From: a virus
Direction: 5' to 3' (one strand)
Length of the DNA stretch: 64,000 nt
IMG/VR virus record: IMGVR_UViG_3300025141_000036
Location: 32,001 to 96,000 of that record
This document shows positions 39,761 to 48,432 of the stretch, in pieces. How positions within the stretch are numbered: position 1 is the first letter of the stretch; the number at the start of each line of letters is the position of its first letter. Both the position numbers and the translations under genes were made by a program. The notes under the pieces are model-generated. The model did no database searches, was not told the origin of the DNA, and was given only the letters and a program-made list of their open reading frames with translations.

Positions 39761-41100
39761 AATAATTTAGCGGCGGCAGTTGCCAGCTTTGATCGCTCTC
39801 CTTTCCTAAATGTAATATGGCCGGCAAGTTCACTTCCTTTAAACTTCTCAACAGCATACGTCAAACCATTGCTTGTTTCATTCGTGTAGACATTATCTAT
39901 TTGTTCGATGTCGCCGGTTAAAACAATTTTTGTGTTCTCGCCAATCCGAGTGATAATCGTCTTGACTTCATGCGCCGTTAAATTTTGGGCCTCATCTATA
40001 ATTACAAACGCATTAGAAATTGACCGACCTCTTATGTAAGTTAATGCTTCAACTTCAATTTTTCCTTTCTCTACGTAGGCTTCGAGCATAGTGCGATCAT
40101 CTCCCATAAGGTGACGAATATTGTCTTGGATTGGCTTCAACCAAGGAAGCATTTTTTCTTCCATCGTTCCCGGAAGGAAACCAATGTCCTTTCCTAAAGG
40201 CTGTACAGGGCGTGAAATAATGATTCGTCGGTATTGGTCACCCTTTCCTCCCAGACCTTGTTCCAAAGCTGCTGCAATGGCCATTAAGGTCTTCCCAGAG
40301 CCTGCTTTACCTATGAGAGAAACCAGAGGAATCTCATCATCGAACAAAAGGTCAAATGCGAAGGATTGCTCTTTGTTCCGTGGAAGCACTCCCCACATCA
40401 ATTCGTTTTTAAAATCTCGGATATGTTGTAAAGGTTTAGCATAATCTGAGAATCTCGATAGCGCTGTTTTCTTTTCGTTGCTCGAAGACACAAGCATGAC
40501 AAATTCGTTTGGGTGTAATATTATCTTTTGTTCGAGCACTACATCTTCATCCAAATAAACATCATCTCCGAGATAAAATTGGTTGACCAACTCTTCGTCT
40601 ACAAGAAGTTTTGTAAACCCCTCGTATATCTTGTCTGTGTTGTCAACAACTTGAGAATTGCTGTAATCTTCAGTTAATAGTGCTAGTGAATCAGCTATCA
40701 CTCTCATATTGATATCACGAGAAACCACAATTGTTTTTCTTTTCGGTGTTTCCTTTTTTATTGTCAGTGCAGTGGCCAAAATCAAATGATCCGACATCTT
40801 ATGAGTAAGGTCCTTAGGAAGCTCGTTAAGGGCTATTTCAGACGCTTTAACAACACGGAGCACCCCTAACCCCTTGGCGATGCGAACACCTCGAGAAAGG
40901 CTGCCAGCGGCTCTTAGAGTGTCAAAAGTTCTTATTGATTGTCTTGCGTGATGACCAACTGAGTCTTGTCGTTTTTTATGAAGATCTATTTCCTCCAACA
41001 CCTTAAGGGGAATAATAATATCGTTATTTTGGAATTTATAAATGCAATTAGAATCAGAAAGAAAGACGCTTGTGTCTATAATAAAATTCTTTTTAGCCAT
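39757..41100 (-). CDS. phoH: PIN-PhoH family ATPase
   Basis: N-terminal PIN (IDTSVF..SRDINMR); GKAGSGKT, GFLPG, IRGRS, IIDEAQN, GDIEQID. Confidence 0.9.
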   Translation of the reverse strand: MAKKNFIIDTSVFLSDSNCIYKFQNNDIIIPLKVLEEIDLHKKRQDSVGHHARQSIRTFDTLRAAGSLSRGVRIAKGLGVLRVVKASEIALNELPKDLTHKMSDHLILATALTIKKETPKRKTIVVSRDINMRVIADSLALLTEDYSNSQVVDNTDKIYEGFTKLLVDEELVNQFYLGDDVYLDEDVVLEQKIILHPNEFVMLVSSSNEKKTALSRFSDYAKPLQHIRDFKNELMWGVLPRNKEQSFAFDLLFDDEIPLVSLIGKAGSGKTLMAIAAALEQGLGGKGDQYRRIIISRPVQPLGKDIGFLPGTMEEKMLPWLKPIQDNIRHLMGDDRTMLEAYVEKGKIEVEALTYIRGRSISNAFVIIDEAQNLTAHEVKTIITRIGENTKIVLTGDIEQIDNVYTNETSNGLTYAVEKFKGSELAGHITFRKGERSKLATAAAKLL

Positions 41101-43955
41101 TACATCTCCTTGAGTAACTGTTCTATTATTGGCTTTAACTTCCGAATAATCTGTTCCCTTCGACCCATCCTTTTATTTATTCTACTTCTTGACCGGGAGG
41201 CTGCTCTGCTTGTAACCTCCTCCTCATCTTCTGATGATTGAGTTAAGTGATTGACCAAAAGATTGATTACTGGGTGCTCTTCTCTAACTAGGGCCAGAAA
41301 TGCAACCCTATGATTATCCTTCATATTTTTCATTATTTGTTGCATTTTTTTCTTGCCGGTGGGGCCTCTAAGGTGGAGGCGCTTGGGGAAGTTATCAACT
41401 ATTTGTTTTTGTTTCTTTTTTCTTCTTGCATAAGGAGATACACTTTCCAATACCGGAGATGTCTCCTTGTTATAGAGTGTTATAAAGTTTTTGATCGCAT
41501 CTCGATATTCCTCTTCCAGATTTTCCCAGTGCTCTGACTTAAAAAGAGGGGATACATATTTTTCCACCTCATCTTTGACAACAACTTCCAACTCTTCCTC
41601 AGTCTCTGGGAGGTTTTCCTCTGGAGTTTCTTCTCGAACTTTTTTCATAATCCTGTCAATCATACTTTCTTCTGATTCTTCATCGCTCGGGCCTTCTTCC
41701 GCAAACCTTCTGGCTATTTCTGCCACATCGGGAAAGTCTGGTGAGTCTGCGTCACTATCTACTGATGGCTGCGGACCCTCTTCGTCACTCAAAGACTCAT
41801 CGCTGGGATCGAGAAGTGTTTTATCTGCTTTCCTTGGAACTCTCATGGGAACCCCAAAACTGTCTTCGATCGCCTTGGATAAACTTCGCATTCTTAATGC
41901 TAAGCGCTTTATATTCGAAGACGAAATTCCATCATCCTTGACAGTCATATAGAGGTCCCTCAAGACTTGCCCAAATAAACCTATTTGTTTGTCTAGTTCT
42001 TTTATGGCTGTTGCTAGAGTGACAACTTCACCTTGAGAATTAATATAAGATTGAGGAAAAAACTTTATAATTTCCTTAGCCAGATCTTTCATTTCTTCGG
42101 CGGCGGCGATTGCCTTTCTTTGTACATCTCGTGAAATCTGTTTAACTTCGGGCTCTGCTACTTCGGGCTCTGCTTCTTCGGCTTCGTTGGTCTCTTCCAA
42201 CGTCAATGAGGGTTTAAGAGAATTCACATAGATACTGCCCATTTTATTATAAATTTCCCTTATAAATTTAACCTTTTCCTCTCGAGACCCTTGTTGTTCC
42301 TGAAGTGGTTCTAGTTCTGATCCCTGTTCTGCTATTATTTTTGCCAAAAAGGCTATCAATAAACCACATTGCTCTTGAACTTGACCGAGCACGCCATAAT
42401 CTCCACCTTGGCCTGTTCCCGTTAACATTCTTTCGAGACTTGTGCCATCATATCCGGCGCTTGCGCTTTGACGAAAACCAAATCGCTGATATGCATCGGC
42501 TATTCCTCTTGCGTCTTTTAGTAAATCAGCAAAATCTCCCACTTCTCTTTTTAGTGTGATTTTATCCTTTTTTGACCATGGAATATAATTTGTTTCAGTT
42601 TCTTCTTCTTTTTCTTCATTAAAGGCTCGGCGCTGGGTTGAGCCGTCTTCGTCGGCTGGACCTCGGATAATCTCGTTAAGATTATCAATCAAGCCATAAA
42701 GCATAGATGCTTGTGTCTGCAAAAATAACTGTCCCATAAAGGATGCTGTATTAGGGGTTTGGCCAAAAAATTCGTCCATACTTTGAATTTTTGACTCATC
42801 TATCTCTTGTTGTTGAACAATTTTATTGTCGGTGAAATCTTTCGTAACCGTCTCTTCATCCACTTCAGAGGTTTCTATTGGTGAAGGGCTTTCTGGGTCT
42901 ATCTCTGCTTCTGGTTCTTTTCTATTATATTCATTTTTAAACCACTCTAGCGCTTTACAGTATTGTGGGTGTTCCTCGGTATCGCAGTCTTCAGTCATCT
43001 TCTTGACAAAGTTTTCTCTCATTTCGGCATTTCCATCTAGAAACAATTCTGGATGGAAACCATAAGGGTTACTTTCCTCCGATGTAGCTGCAGCGTGCAT
43101 CAGATAAATCAGGGGGTTGGCGAATTCGGGGTCTCTCATCTCATGATCGAAGTAAGGGTTGTTTTGTGGGAGTTCCAATGGCAATTGACTTACCATCTCT
43201 AGTTTAGCGTCGACTGAGCCTTTTTCGTCTGACGAAAAATATTTATTCATGAAAGCCTTCATACCTATCTTCTTTATTTCGGTGACCCCTGCTTCTATGA
43301 GTTTTTGCTGCCACTGATCAAAGGCACTATAGTCTTCGTCCGTGTAAGGGGCTTCATCTTTGCCAGTGGAGTCGGTATCGGGTTCTTTCGGGGAAGCTGA
43401 AGGAGGATGTGTTTTATCAAATGTTTGTTTTAGGATTTCTTTTTGTTCATCCGACAGGTCAAAGTCCGGATTTTTTTTAACATTGCCTAAGATGCGCTGG
43501 TATGACTTAGGATCGTTGTTGATAGATTTTATGAAACTTGCAATTTGCTCATCTTCGGCGGGAGGCAATCCTGTTTTCACTGGGCTCTGGGAATCCCCTA
43601 GGGAATTAAGTTGGGCCTCGACTGCATTATTAAGAACCTTGAGTCCTTCTTCTTCTTCACCTAAAGCTTTTATAGCACTTGTTAGCCACCTTTTGTACTG
43701 TTTGGATTCGGGGCTTATTAATTTTATTATTTCTTCGGGCTTTCTGTTTGCAGCAAGCGCTCTTGTGATATAATTTCTCACTTTTGCGGCTATGTTGCCT
43801 TTCGGGGTTGCCGCTCCTTCACCCAATTCGTCTTCCACCATTATTTCTTCGACAATCAATCGATTGACGATGGATGATTCGGCTAATTTTTGTTTGAGAA
43901 TCTCTTGGATCAATGGGTGTTTAAAAACGGCGGTGGCTAGTTTTTTATTATTCAT
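41100..43955 (-). CDS. Large acidic hypothetical protein (951 aa), probable internal virion protein
   Basis: Acidic low-complexity linkers; terminal LIVEEI and LKPIIEQLLKE helices. Confidence 0.55.
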   Translation of the reverse strand: MNNKKLATAVFKHPLIQEILKQKLAESSIVNRLIVEEIMVEDELGEGAATPKGNIAAKVRNYITRALAANRKPEEIIKLISPESKQYKRWLTSAIKALGEEEEGLKVLNNAVEAQLNSLGDSQSPVKTGLPPAEDEQIASFIKSINNDPKSYQRILGNVKKNPDFDLSDEQKEILKQTFDKTHPPSASPKEPDTDSTGKDEAPYTDEDYSAFDQWQQKLIEAGVTEIKKIGMKAFMNKYFSSDEKGSVDAKLEMVSQLPLELPQNNPYFDHEMRDPEFANPLIYLMHAAATSEESNPYGFHPELFLDGNAEMRENFVKKMTEDCDTEEHPQYCKALEWFKNEYNRKEPEAEIDPESPSPIETSEVDEETVTKDFTDNKIVQQQEIDESKIQSMDEFFGQTPNTASFMGQLFLQTQASMLYGLIDNLNEIIRGPADEDGSTQRRAFNEEKEEETETNYIPWSKKDKITLKREVGDFADLLKDARGIADAYQRFGFRQSASAGYDGTSLERMLTGTGQGGDYGVLGQVQEQCGLLIAFLAKIIAEQGSELEPLQEQQGSREEKVKFIREIYNKMGSIYVNSLKPSLTLEETNEAEEAEPEVAEPEVKQISRDVQRKAIAAAEEMKDLAKEIIKFFPQSYINSQGEVVTLATAIKELDKQIGLFGQVLRDLYMTVKDDGISSSNIKRLALRMRSLSKAIEDSFGVPMRVPRKADKTLLDPSDESLSDEEGPQPSVDSDADSPDFPDVAEIARRFAEEGPSDEESEESMIDRIMKKVREETPEENLPETEEELEVVVKDEVEKYVSPLFKSEHWENLEEEYRDAIKNFITLYNKETSPVLESVSPYARRKKKQKQIVDNFPKRLHLRGPTGKKKMQQIMKNMKDNHRVAFLALVREEHPVINLLVNHLTQSSEDEEEVTSRAASRSRSRINKRMGRREQIIRKLKPIIEQLLKEM

Positions 43956-44134
43956 TATTTGTCCTCCCTTACCAAAGCTATATATTGTCTTACAACTGCT
44001 TGTTGTTCAGAGGGCAATGACGATAAGATCTTCTCTACATTATCTTCGAGAGATTGAGAATCCAATTCCTCTTCATTTACACGAGACAGTTCTTCTTTTA
44101 TTATTTGCTTAAGCCTTTGTCTAGATACTTTCAT
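43955..44134 (-). CDS. Small protein (59 aa) with MKVSRQRLKQIIKEEL leader
   Basis: Manual translation; fills the gap with TAATG overlaps on both sides. Confidence 0.7.
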   Translation of the reverse strand: MKVSRQRLKQIIKEELSRVNEEELDSQSLEDNVEKILSSLPSEQQAVVRQYIALVREDK

Positions 44135-44364
44135 TATTTAATCTCCGTCACTGAATTAGATATTTCTGGGTTGAAATCTGTTCTTAATTTAATGAGTGGG
44201 TTAAATGATGCTCTTTTTCTATCTAACAAAAGAGCTCCTTGTGGTTTTACCAACTGGCCTGTTACATCAACCCCTTCAAAGTCTATCTCTGTTCTACTCT
44301 TGTATTTGACATCACGGTCAACGTCCTGTGCAAATACTAGAAATACTAAAAACAATAAAAACAT
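44134..44364 (-). CDS. cglF: Adventurous gliding-motility protein CglF/GltF homologue (secreted)
   Basis: Signal peptide ..VFA-QD, then RTEIDFEGVDVTGQLVKPQGALLLDRKRASFNPLIKLRTDFNPEI, matching the recalled CglF pattern (IDF.DV.VEGEL.KPEG....RK...F..LI..R.NF..E); GAGGTG SD before ATG 44364. Confidence 0.75.
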   Translation of the reverse strand: MFLLFLVFLVFAQDVDRDVKYKSRTEIDFEGVDVTGQLVKPQGALLLDRKRASFNPLIKLRTDFNPEISNSVTEIK

Positions 44365-44407
44365 AATATTCCACCTCGCAGTAAATAGATTCAAAAAGAT
44401 TAATGAG

Positions 44408-44653
44408 TTAATGTTCTACGGGTTTAATTCCCATCGAATTCATTTTTACTAAATATTCGAAAAAAGATTTAAGACTTTCATCTTTTGATAATTGGAACCC
44501 TACAGAACCTACTGCTGCCACTTCATCTATAGGGATCCCTGCGTCCCCGGCGGCTTGGCACCAATACAAAATTCCTTTCATTATTTCCATTATTGCTGGG
44601 TCATTTTCTGCTTTTTGCAAGAAGGACTCGAGATTTTTATCATTTAGCTGCAT
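44408..44653 (-). CDS. Hypothetical protein (81 aa)
   Basis: Coupled ORF. Confidence 0.55.
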   Translation of the reverse strand: MQLNDKNLESFLQKAENDPAIMEIMKGILYWCQAAGDAGIPIDEVAAVGSVGFQLSKDESLKSFFEYLVKMNSMGIKPVEH

Positions 44654-45071
44654 TTAATTGCTCCATTGCTTTATTAACCAACCAAGAGGATGATTGAGGT
44701 TTATCTTTTCCGCCGATTCCCCATAACATCTGAACTCCCAGTTCGTCGCACACTTCCATTTCGGGTGTATTGTCTTTTTTTCTGTCTCCTCCGTTTGCAA
44801 AGGCTGATGGCCTTAGTCTTCTGATGGCTTCGCACACAGTGCCATCGGAATCATCCACATTTGACACCACTTGAACTCCTTTAATATTTCCAAGGATAGA
44901 GACCCTTTCTTCATAAGGCATAAAAACATAACCCTTTTTTCTTAGAAGCCACTCATCTGAATTGACTACTACTATTACAGAGCCCCAGTGGGAGGCTTCT
45001 TGAATCATTTTTACATGACCAACATGGACGGGATCGAACCCTCCGCTTACCATAATCCTTTTCATTTTCAC
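44640..45071 (-). CDS. Cytidylyltransferase-like (RfaE-II/TagD family) nucleotidyltransferase
   Basis: SGGFDPVHVGH (HxGH), KKG..ER, GGDR, QSSS. Confidence 0.85.
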   Translation of the reverse strand: MKMKRIMVSGGFDPVHVGHVKMIQEASHWGSVIVVVNSDEWLLRKKGYVFMPYEERVSILGNIKGVQVVSNVDDSDGTVCEAIRRLRPSAFANGGDRKKDNTPEMEVCDELGVQMLWGIGGKDKPQSSSWLVNKAMEQLNAAK

Positions 45072-45565
45072 CTCACAATAAAATTATGCCATCCGGTGGG
45101 AACATCAATGTGATGATAAAAATCAATGATGCTAACATTTGGCACATATGGTATTTTAATTAGTCTCATAGAAGCCTCTTGGGGTGTTTTATTACCCTTT
45201 TTCTGATTACAAGATAAACAGCATGTCACAAGGTTTAACCATCCTCTTCCGCCACCTCTTGATTTAGGGATAATGTGATCTAGTGACAAAAATTTATATT
45301 TAAACTGCCCTAAGCAATATTGACAAGTATATTTATCTCTCCAATAAATGTTTTTTCGGGTGGGGCTCATTGAGACTCTTTTTTTTTGAACATAACTCTT
45401 TAATACAATTACCGATGGAAACAAAAAACGGGCACAAGGCCCGTGAGTGTAATCCTCAACAGACTGTGCCCGCCCAGTATAAACCATAGAGAATCCTTTC
45501 TCTGCTGGTATAATTTCTATAGGTCGCCAAGAGGCGTCCAGTTTTAGCGTCATCAAGTTTCCCAC
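45068..45565 (-). CDS. HNH endonuclease
   Basis: RDKYTCQYC..DHIIPKSRGG..NLVTCCLSCNQKKG. Confidence 0.9.
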   Translation of the reverse strand: MGNLMTLKLDASWRPIEIIPAEKGFSMVYTGRAQSVEDYTHGPCARFLFPSVIVLKSYVQKKRVSMSPTRKNIYWRDKYTCQYCLGQFKYKFLSLDHIIPKSRGGGRGWLNLVTCCLSCNQKKGNKTPQEASMRLIKIPYVPNVSIIDFYHHIDVPTGWHNFIVR

Positions 45566-45572
45566 ATAATAA

Positions 45573-45896
45573 TTAGGCCTTTGACATAAGTTTCGACGCC
45601 GCTCCGTCGGGAGTTAATTTGGAACTTACCACCTCTGGCATGTTAAAATTGTCAACAAACGATTTTAGTTCCCCAAATGCTTTCTTATAATCTGGTTCCA
45701 TAACAACTTCAGTTTTTCCTCCGTGTCCATGGATAGCATGAACTTCTCCAATTGAATCATAAACAGTTACACTAGGATGTTCTGATAACCACGTGACTGC
45801 GACCTTACCATTATCAAAGACGAATCCTTGGGCAACTCTACCTGTGCCGCTGATTCCGCTTTCGTCTTCAGTTCTATTTAAATAAAATATTTTCAT
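45573..45896 (-). CDS. Conserved phage hypothetical protein
   Basis: MKIFYLNRTEDESGISGTGRVAQG..HGHGGKT; start at ATG 45896 after AGGAG. Confidence 0.65.
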   Translation of the reverse strand: MKIFYLNRTEDESGISGTGRVAQGFVFDNGKVAVTWLSEHPSVTVYDSIGEVHAIHGHGGKTEVVMEPDYKKAFGELKSFVDNFNMPEVVSSKLTPDGAASKLMSKA

Positions 45897-45909
45897 ACTA
45901 TTGGTTCTC

Positions 45910-46350
45910 CTAGATCCATTCATAATCATCATCGCTACTGGAGTCTTCTTCAAGTTCTTCTGTTTCTTCATTGTTTATAGCTTCCCTTTTTTTAAGTTCG
46001 TTAACTGATTCTATTTTTGTTTCTTCTAATCCTCGAAAATCTCTCATTATCTCGGCGTGTTGTGTAGAAATGAATTGTAAAACAGATGTAAAAATTTCAA
46101 ACACATCCTGTTGATAAGGAACCATAAATAGCGTTGAGCTAACTATTTGAATTTGCATCCCGAGTTGCATTTCTAATGTTTCCACATCAAGAGCACCATC
46201 GTCCTTTAAATAGGCCGTAAATTCGGTTTCTTCCTCAAAAAACTCCAACATTTTTAACAAATAAAATTGCTCTTCTTCAGCACTATCTAGGTTTAAATTA
46301 ATTCCATTCATTAAAATTTCTTTAATACCCGAGGAAACAAAACTACTCAT
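45910..46350 (-). CDS. Acidic hypothetical protein
   Basis: 146 aa coupled ORF. Confidence 0.55.
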   Translation of the reverse strand: MSSFVSSGIKEILMNGINLNLDSAEEEQFYLLKMLEFFEEETEFTAYLKDDGALDVETLEMQLGMQIQIVSSTLFMVPYQQDVFEIFTSVLQFISTQHAEIMRDFRGLEETKIESVNELKKREAINNEETEELEEDSSSDDDYEWI

Positions 46351-47144
46351 GGCTTCCTCCGCAGAATCTCTATCATGCTATCTATTATTTCTGCAGTGTG
46401 CAAGGGCCCTGAAGAGACATAGGATTTTCCTATACATGCTTGATAGATCTCATAATCATTACCATTAGGTTCGCACCTATCACCCACAAACCAAACATCC
46501 CAATTTTTAAAATGTTGGAGTCCATATGTTTTATCCCAACCAGTAGGATATATATCAAACGATGTGTCTCCACCCAACTTTACAGTTACCAAATGGTCTA
46601 TTTCCTTTATTTTTAGAATTGCACGCAATTCTAGTAATACTCTTTCTCTAAGACCTTCAGTCTTATCTAATAGCATAAATTCTTCTCTGTCTTCATGAGT
46701 GGCATTTCGTCCTATCGGACACCAATTTATTATAGAGCCTCGACAGTTAATAAAGTGACCTGTAAGGGGGACTGCTGAATTTGCCATGTCTACTTGAGAG
46801 TAAATAAGTTCTTGCATAAGGATTTTATAATTCTTTTTTCCCAAGTGACTTTCCATCGAAACTTCATACTTCAATTTAAAATCCTCTTGAGGAAATGACG
46901 GAGGAGTATAATATTTCGTGCCATTGCAAGGTAGCAAATGTGTTCTATAGCGACCAGAAGACTTTCTTAAAAAATCACCCATTTGCTCTCTAAGATAATC
47001 TTCATCGGATCCCGTTATAATTCCCATGTGTGCTCCACAATTTGTTAGGCGATAAAGGGCTTCAACAAGTTCTTTACAATTAAAAACTTTTCGAGATTCT
47101 GTTAAGGTTCCATCCATATCAAATAAAATTATAGTGTTATCCAT
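46347..47144 (-). CDS. Eukaryote-type phosphomannomutase (HAD-IIB, PMM2/Sec53-like)
   Basis: LFDMDGTLT..FINCRGSIINWCPIGRNA..REEF..GGDTSFDIYPTGWDKTY..FVGDRCEPNGNDYEI. Confidence 0.85.
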   Translation of the reverse strand: MDNTIILFDMDGTLTESRKVFNCKELVEALYRLTNCGAHMGIITGSDEDYLREQMGDFLRKSSGRYRTHLLPCNGTKYYTPPSFPQEDFKLKYEVSMESHLGKKNYKILMQELIYSQVDMANSAVPLTGHFINCRGSIINWCPIGRNATHEDREEFMLLDKTEGLRERVLLELRAILKIKEIDHLVTVKLGGDTSFDIYPTGWDKTYGLQHFKNWDVWFVGDRCEPNGNDYEIYQACIGKSYVSSGPLHTAEIIDSMIEILRRKP

Positions 47145-47346
47145 CTTCTTCTCCTTTTAGGAGAGTCCCTGTTCTTACTACGAACTTAGATTTGTCAGGG
47201 CCGCACCTTCGAACTTTAACAAGGCCCTCTAAGGACTTCCTGTGTTTGTCTGCTTCTTGGAAGGTTTTGTAATAGGCAACATTTTTCCATTTTACTTTTT
47301 GGGGATTTGGCAATCTTTTCTCAGTAATCTCAGTGTTTTCACTCAT
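47137..47346 (-). CDS. Hypothetical basic protein (69 aa)
   Basis: AGGAG SD, downstream of a sigma70 promoter. Confidence 0.6.
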   Translation of the reverse strand: MSENTEITEKRLPNPQKVKWKNVAYYKTFQEADKHRKSLEGLVKVRRCGPDKSKFVVRTGTLLKGEEDG

Positions 47347-47387
47347 ACTTTCTCCTATTTGTAATGTAAGTTAGTTGTTATTCATAT

Positions 47388-47416
47388 AATATAACCCTTT
47401 TAGGGTTTAGTGTCAA
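47388..47416 (-). promoter_or_regulatory. sigma70-type promoter TTGACA-N17-TATATT
   Basis: Consensus match upstream of 47346. Confidence 0.75.
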
Positions 47417-47576
47417 GTCTTTTTTCGACTTCTTCTTTGACTTCTTTGATAAGGTCGAGAGCCTCGTAAATCTTTTTTTGAAAAATTTCACCAGTAGCTA
47501 GATAAGCTGATCTTCTTATTTGATGTTCTGTTTTATCCAGCGCTAGCCAAATTTTTGTATCAAGGTCTTTATTCAT
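47400..47576 (-). CDS. Hypothetical protein (58 aa, MNKDLDTKIW...)
   Basis: Manual translation; GGAGGTG SD. Confidence 0.55.
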   Translation of the reverse strand: MNKDLDTKIWLALDKTEHQIRRSAYLATGEIFQKKIYEALDLIKEVKEEVEKRLDTKP

Positions 47577-47796
47577 TTGTTATCACCTCCAAATAGATTT
47601 CTGGTAAAACTTCTTCTCTACCGTTTGACCAAACTACTGTTATATCACCTCTATTTCTTCCGTCATAAGAAAAATTAGTTTTATCATGTACAATTTTTAT
47701 AACCCCTATCATTCCCATATTTAAACCGCTTCTAATAAACTCAGATAAGATAGCAACGCCCACTTCTCTTTGTTTAACTAAATCACCTACTTCCAT
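47569..47796 (-). CDS. Small SH3/KOW-like protein (MEVGDLV family)
   Basis: MEVGDLVK..IGVI..VVWSNG..LEVI; same junction as the 62-63.6 kb array. Confidence 0.65.
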   Translation of the reverse strand: MEVGDLVKQREVGVAILSEFIRSGLNMGMIGVIKIVHDKTNFSYDGRNRGDITVVWSNGREEVLPEIYLEVITNE

Positions 47797-48007
47797 CTAT
47801 CACCTCCAATTCGTAATCTGAGAACTTCCAAACACCTTCAATCGTTTGAACATAATAAAGACACCCTAACAAATCACTATAATCTATTTCCAAAATTATA
47901 CCTATCAATCCAAGATCTGGTCTGTTATAAAAAGGGGAATAAACCGATTCTTTAATTCTTACAAGATCTCCTACTTCTAGTATAGCCAGTTCTGATGTCA
48001 TTGTCAA
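47783..48007 (-). CDS. Small SH3/KOW-like protein (LEVGDLV family)
   Basis: EVGDLVRI..IGIILEI..YYVQ..ELEVIDGSR. Confidence 0.65.
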   Translation of the reverse strand: MTMTSELAILEVGDLVRIKESVYSPFYNRPDLGLIGIILEIDYSDLLGCLYYVQTIEGVWKFSDYELEVIDGSR

Positions 48008-48051
48008 ATTTTTCTTTTTGTATTTTTTTCTTTATATACATGTAAATAATC

Positions 48052-48405
48052 TTAATCATTTATAAATAACTTCTCTGTTTTATATCTTTTTAATAATTTA
48101 TCAAATTCTCTAATATCAATACCTAACATTCTTGCACCATCTCTTTTAGATTCACAAGCTGATAGTACATACCTTAGTACTGCGTCTTTGCAAATAGAAG
48201 GCATTGCCTTCCATAATGGAAAATTATATAATTTATTCTTTGTCAGTTGAACCGCTAGCTCCAACTTAAGAGCTATAACTTCTTCTAAAGTAAGAGAAGA
48301 AAGGACATTTAAGAACTCATCATTTATCTTCCGATTTCTTCTCATGAAAGAGATAAAAGAATAATTTTTAAATTTATTTATTTTTTTATTTGACACAGAC
48401 ACCAA
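48052..48405 (-). CDS. Fis-like helix-turn-helix DNA-binding protein
   Basis: SKRDGARMLGIDIREFDKLLKRY; start uncertain. Confidence 0.6.
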   Translation of the reverse strand: MVSVSNKKINKFKNYSFISFMRRNRKINDEFLNVLSSLTLEEVIALKLELAVQLTKNKLYNFPLWKAMPSICKDAVLRYVLSACESKRDGARMLGIDIREFDKLLKRYKTEKLFIND

Positions 48406-48418
48406 AATAGGCTATATT
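48390..48418 (+). promoter_or_regulatory. sigma70-type promoter TTGACA-N17-TATATT on the antisense (+) strand
   Basis: TTGACA 48390-48395, TATATT 48413-48418, A/T tract upstream. Confidence 0.6.
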
Positions 48419-48432
48419 ATCTATAGTTGTTA

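Noticed and set aside
46347-47144. Eukaryotic giant-virus origin of the window
   Set aside because: SD sequences, sigma70 promoters, coupled operons, peptidoglycan hydrolases and baseplate genes all indicate a bacteriophage.
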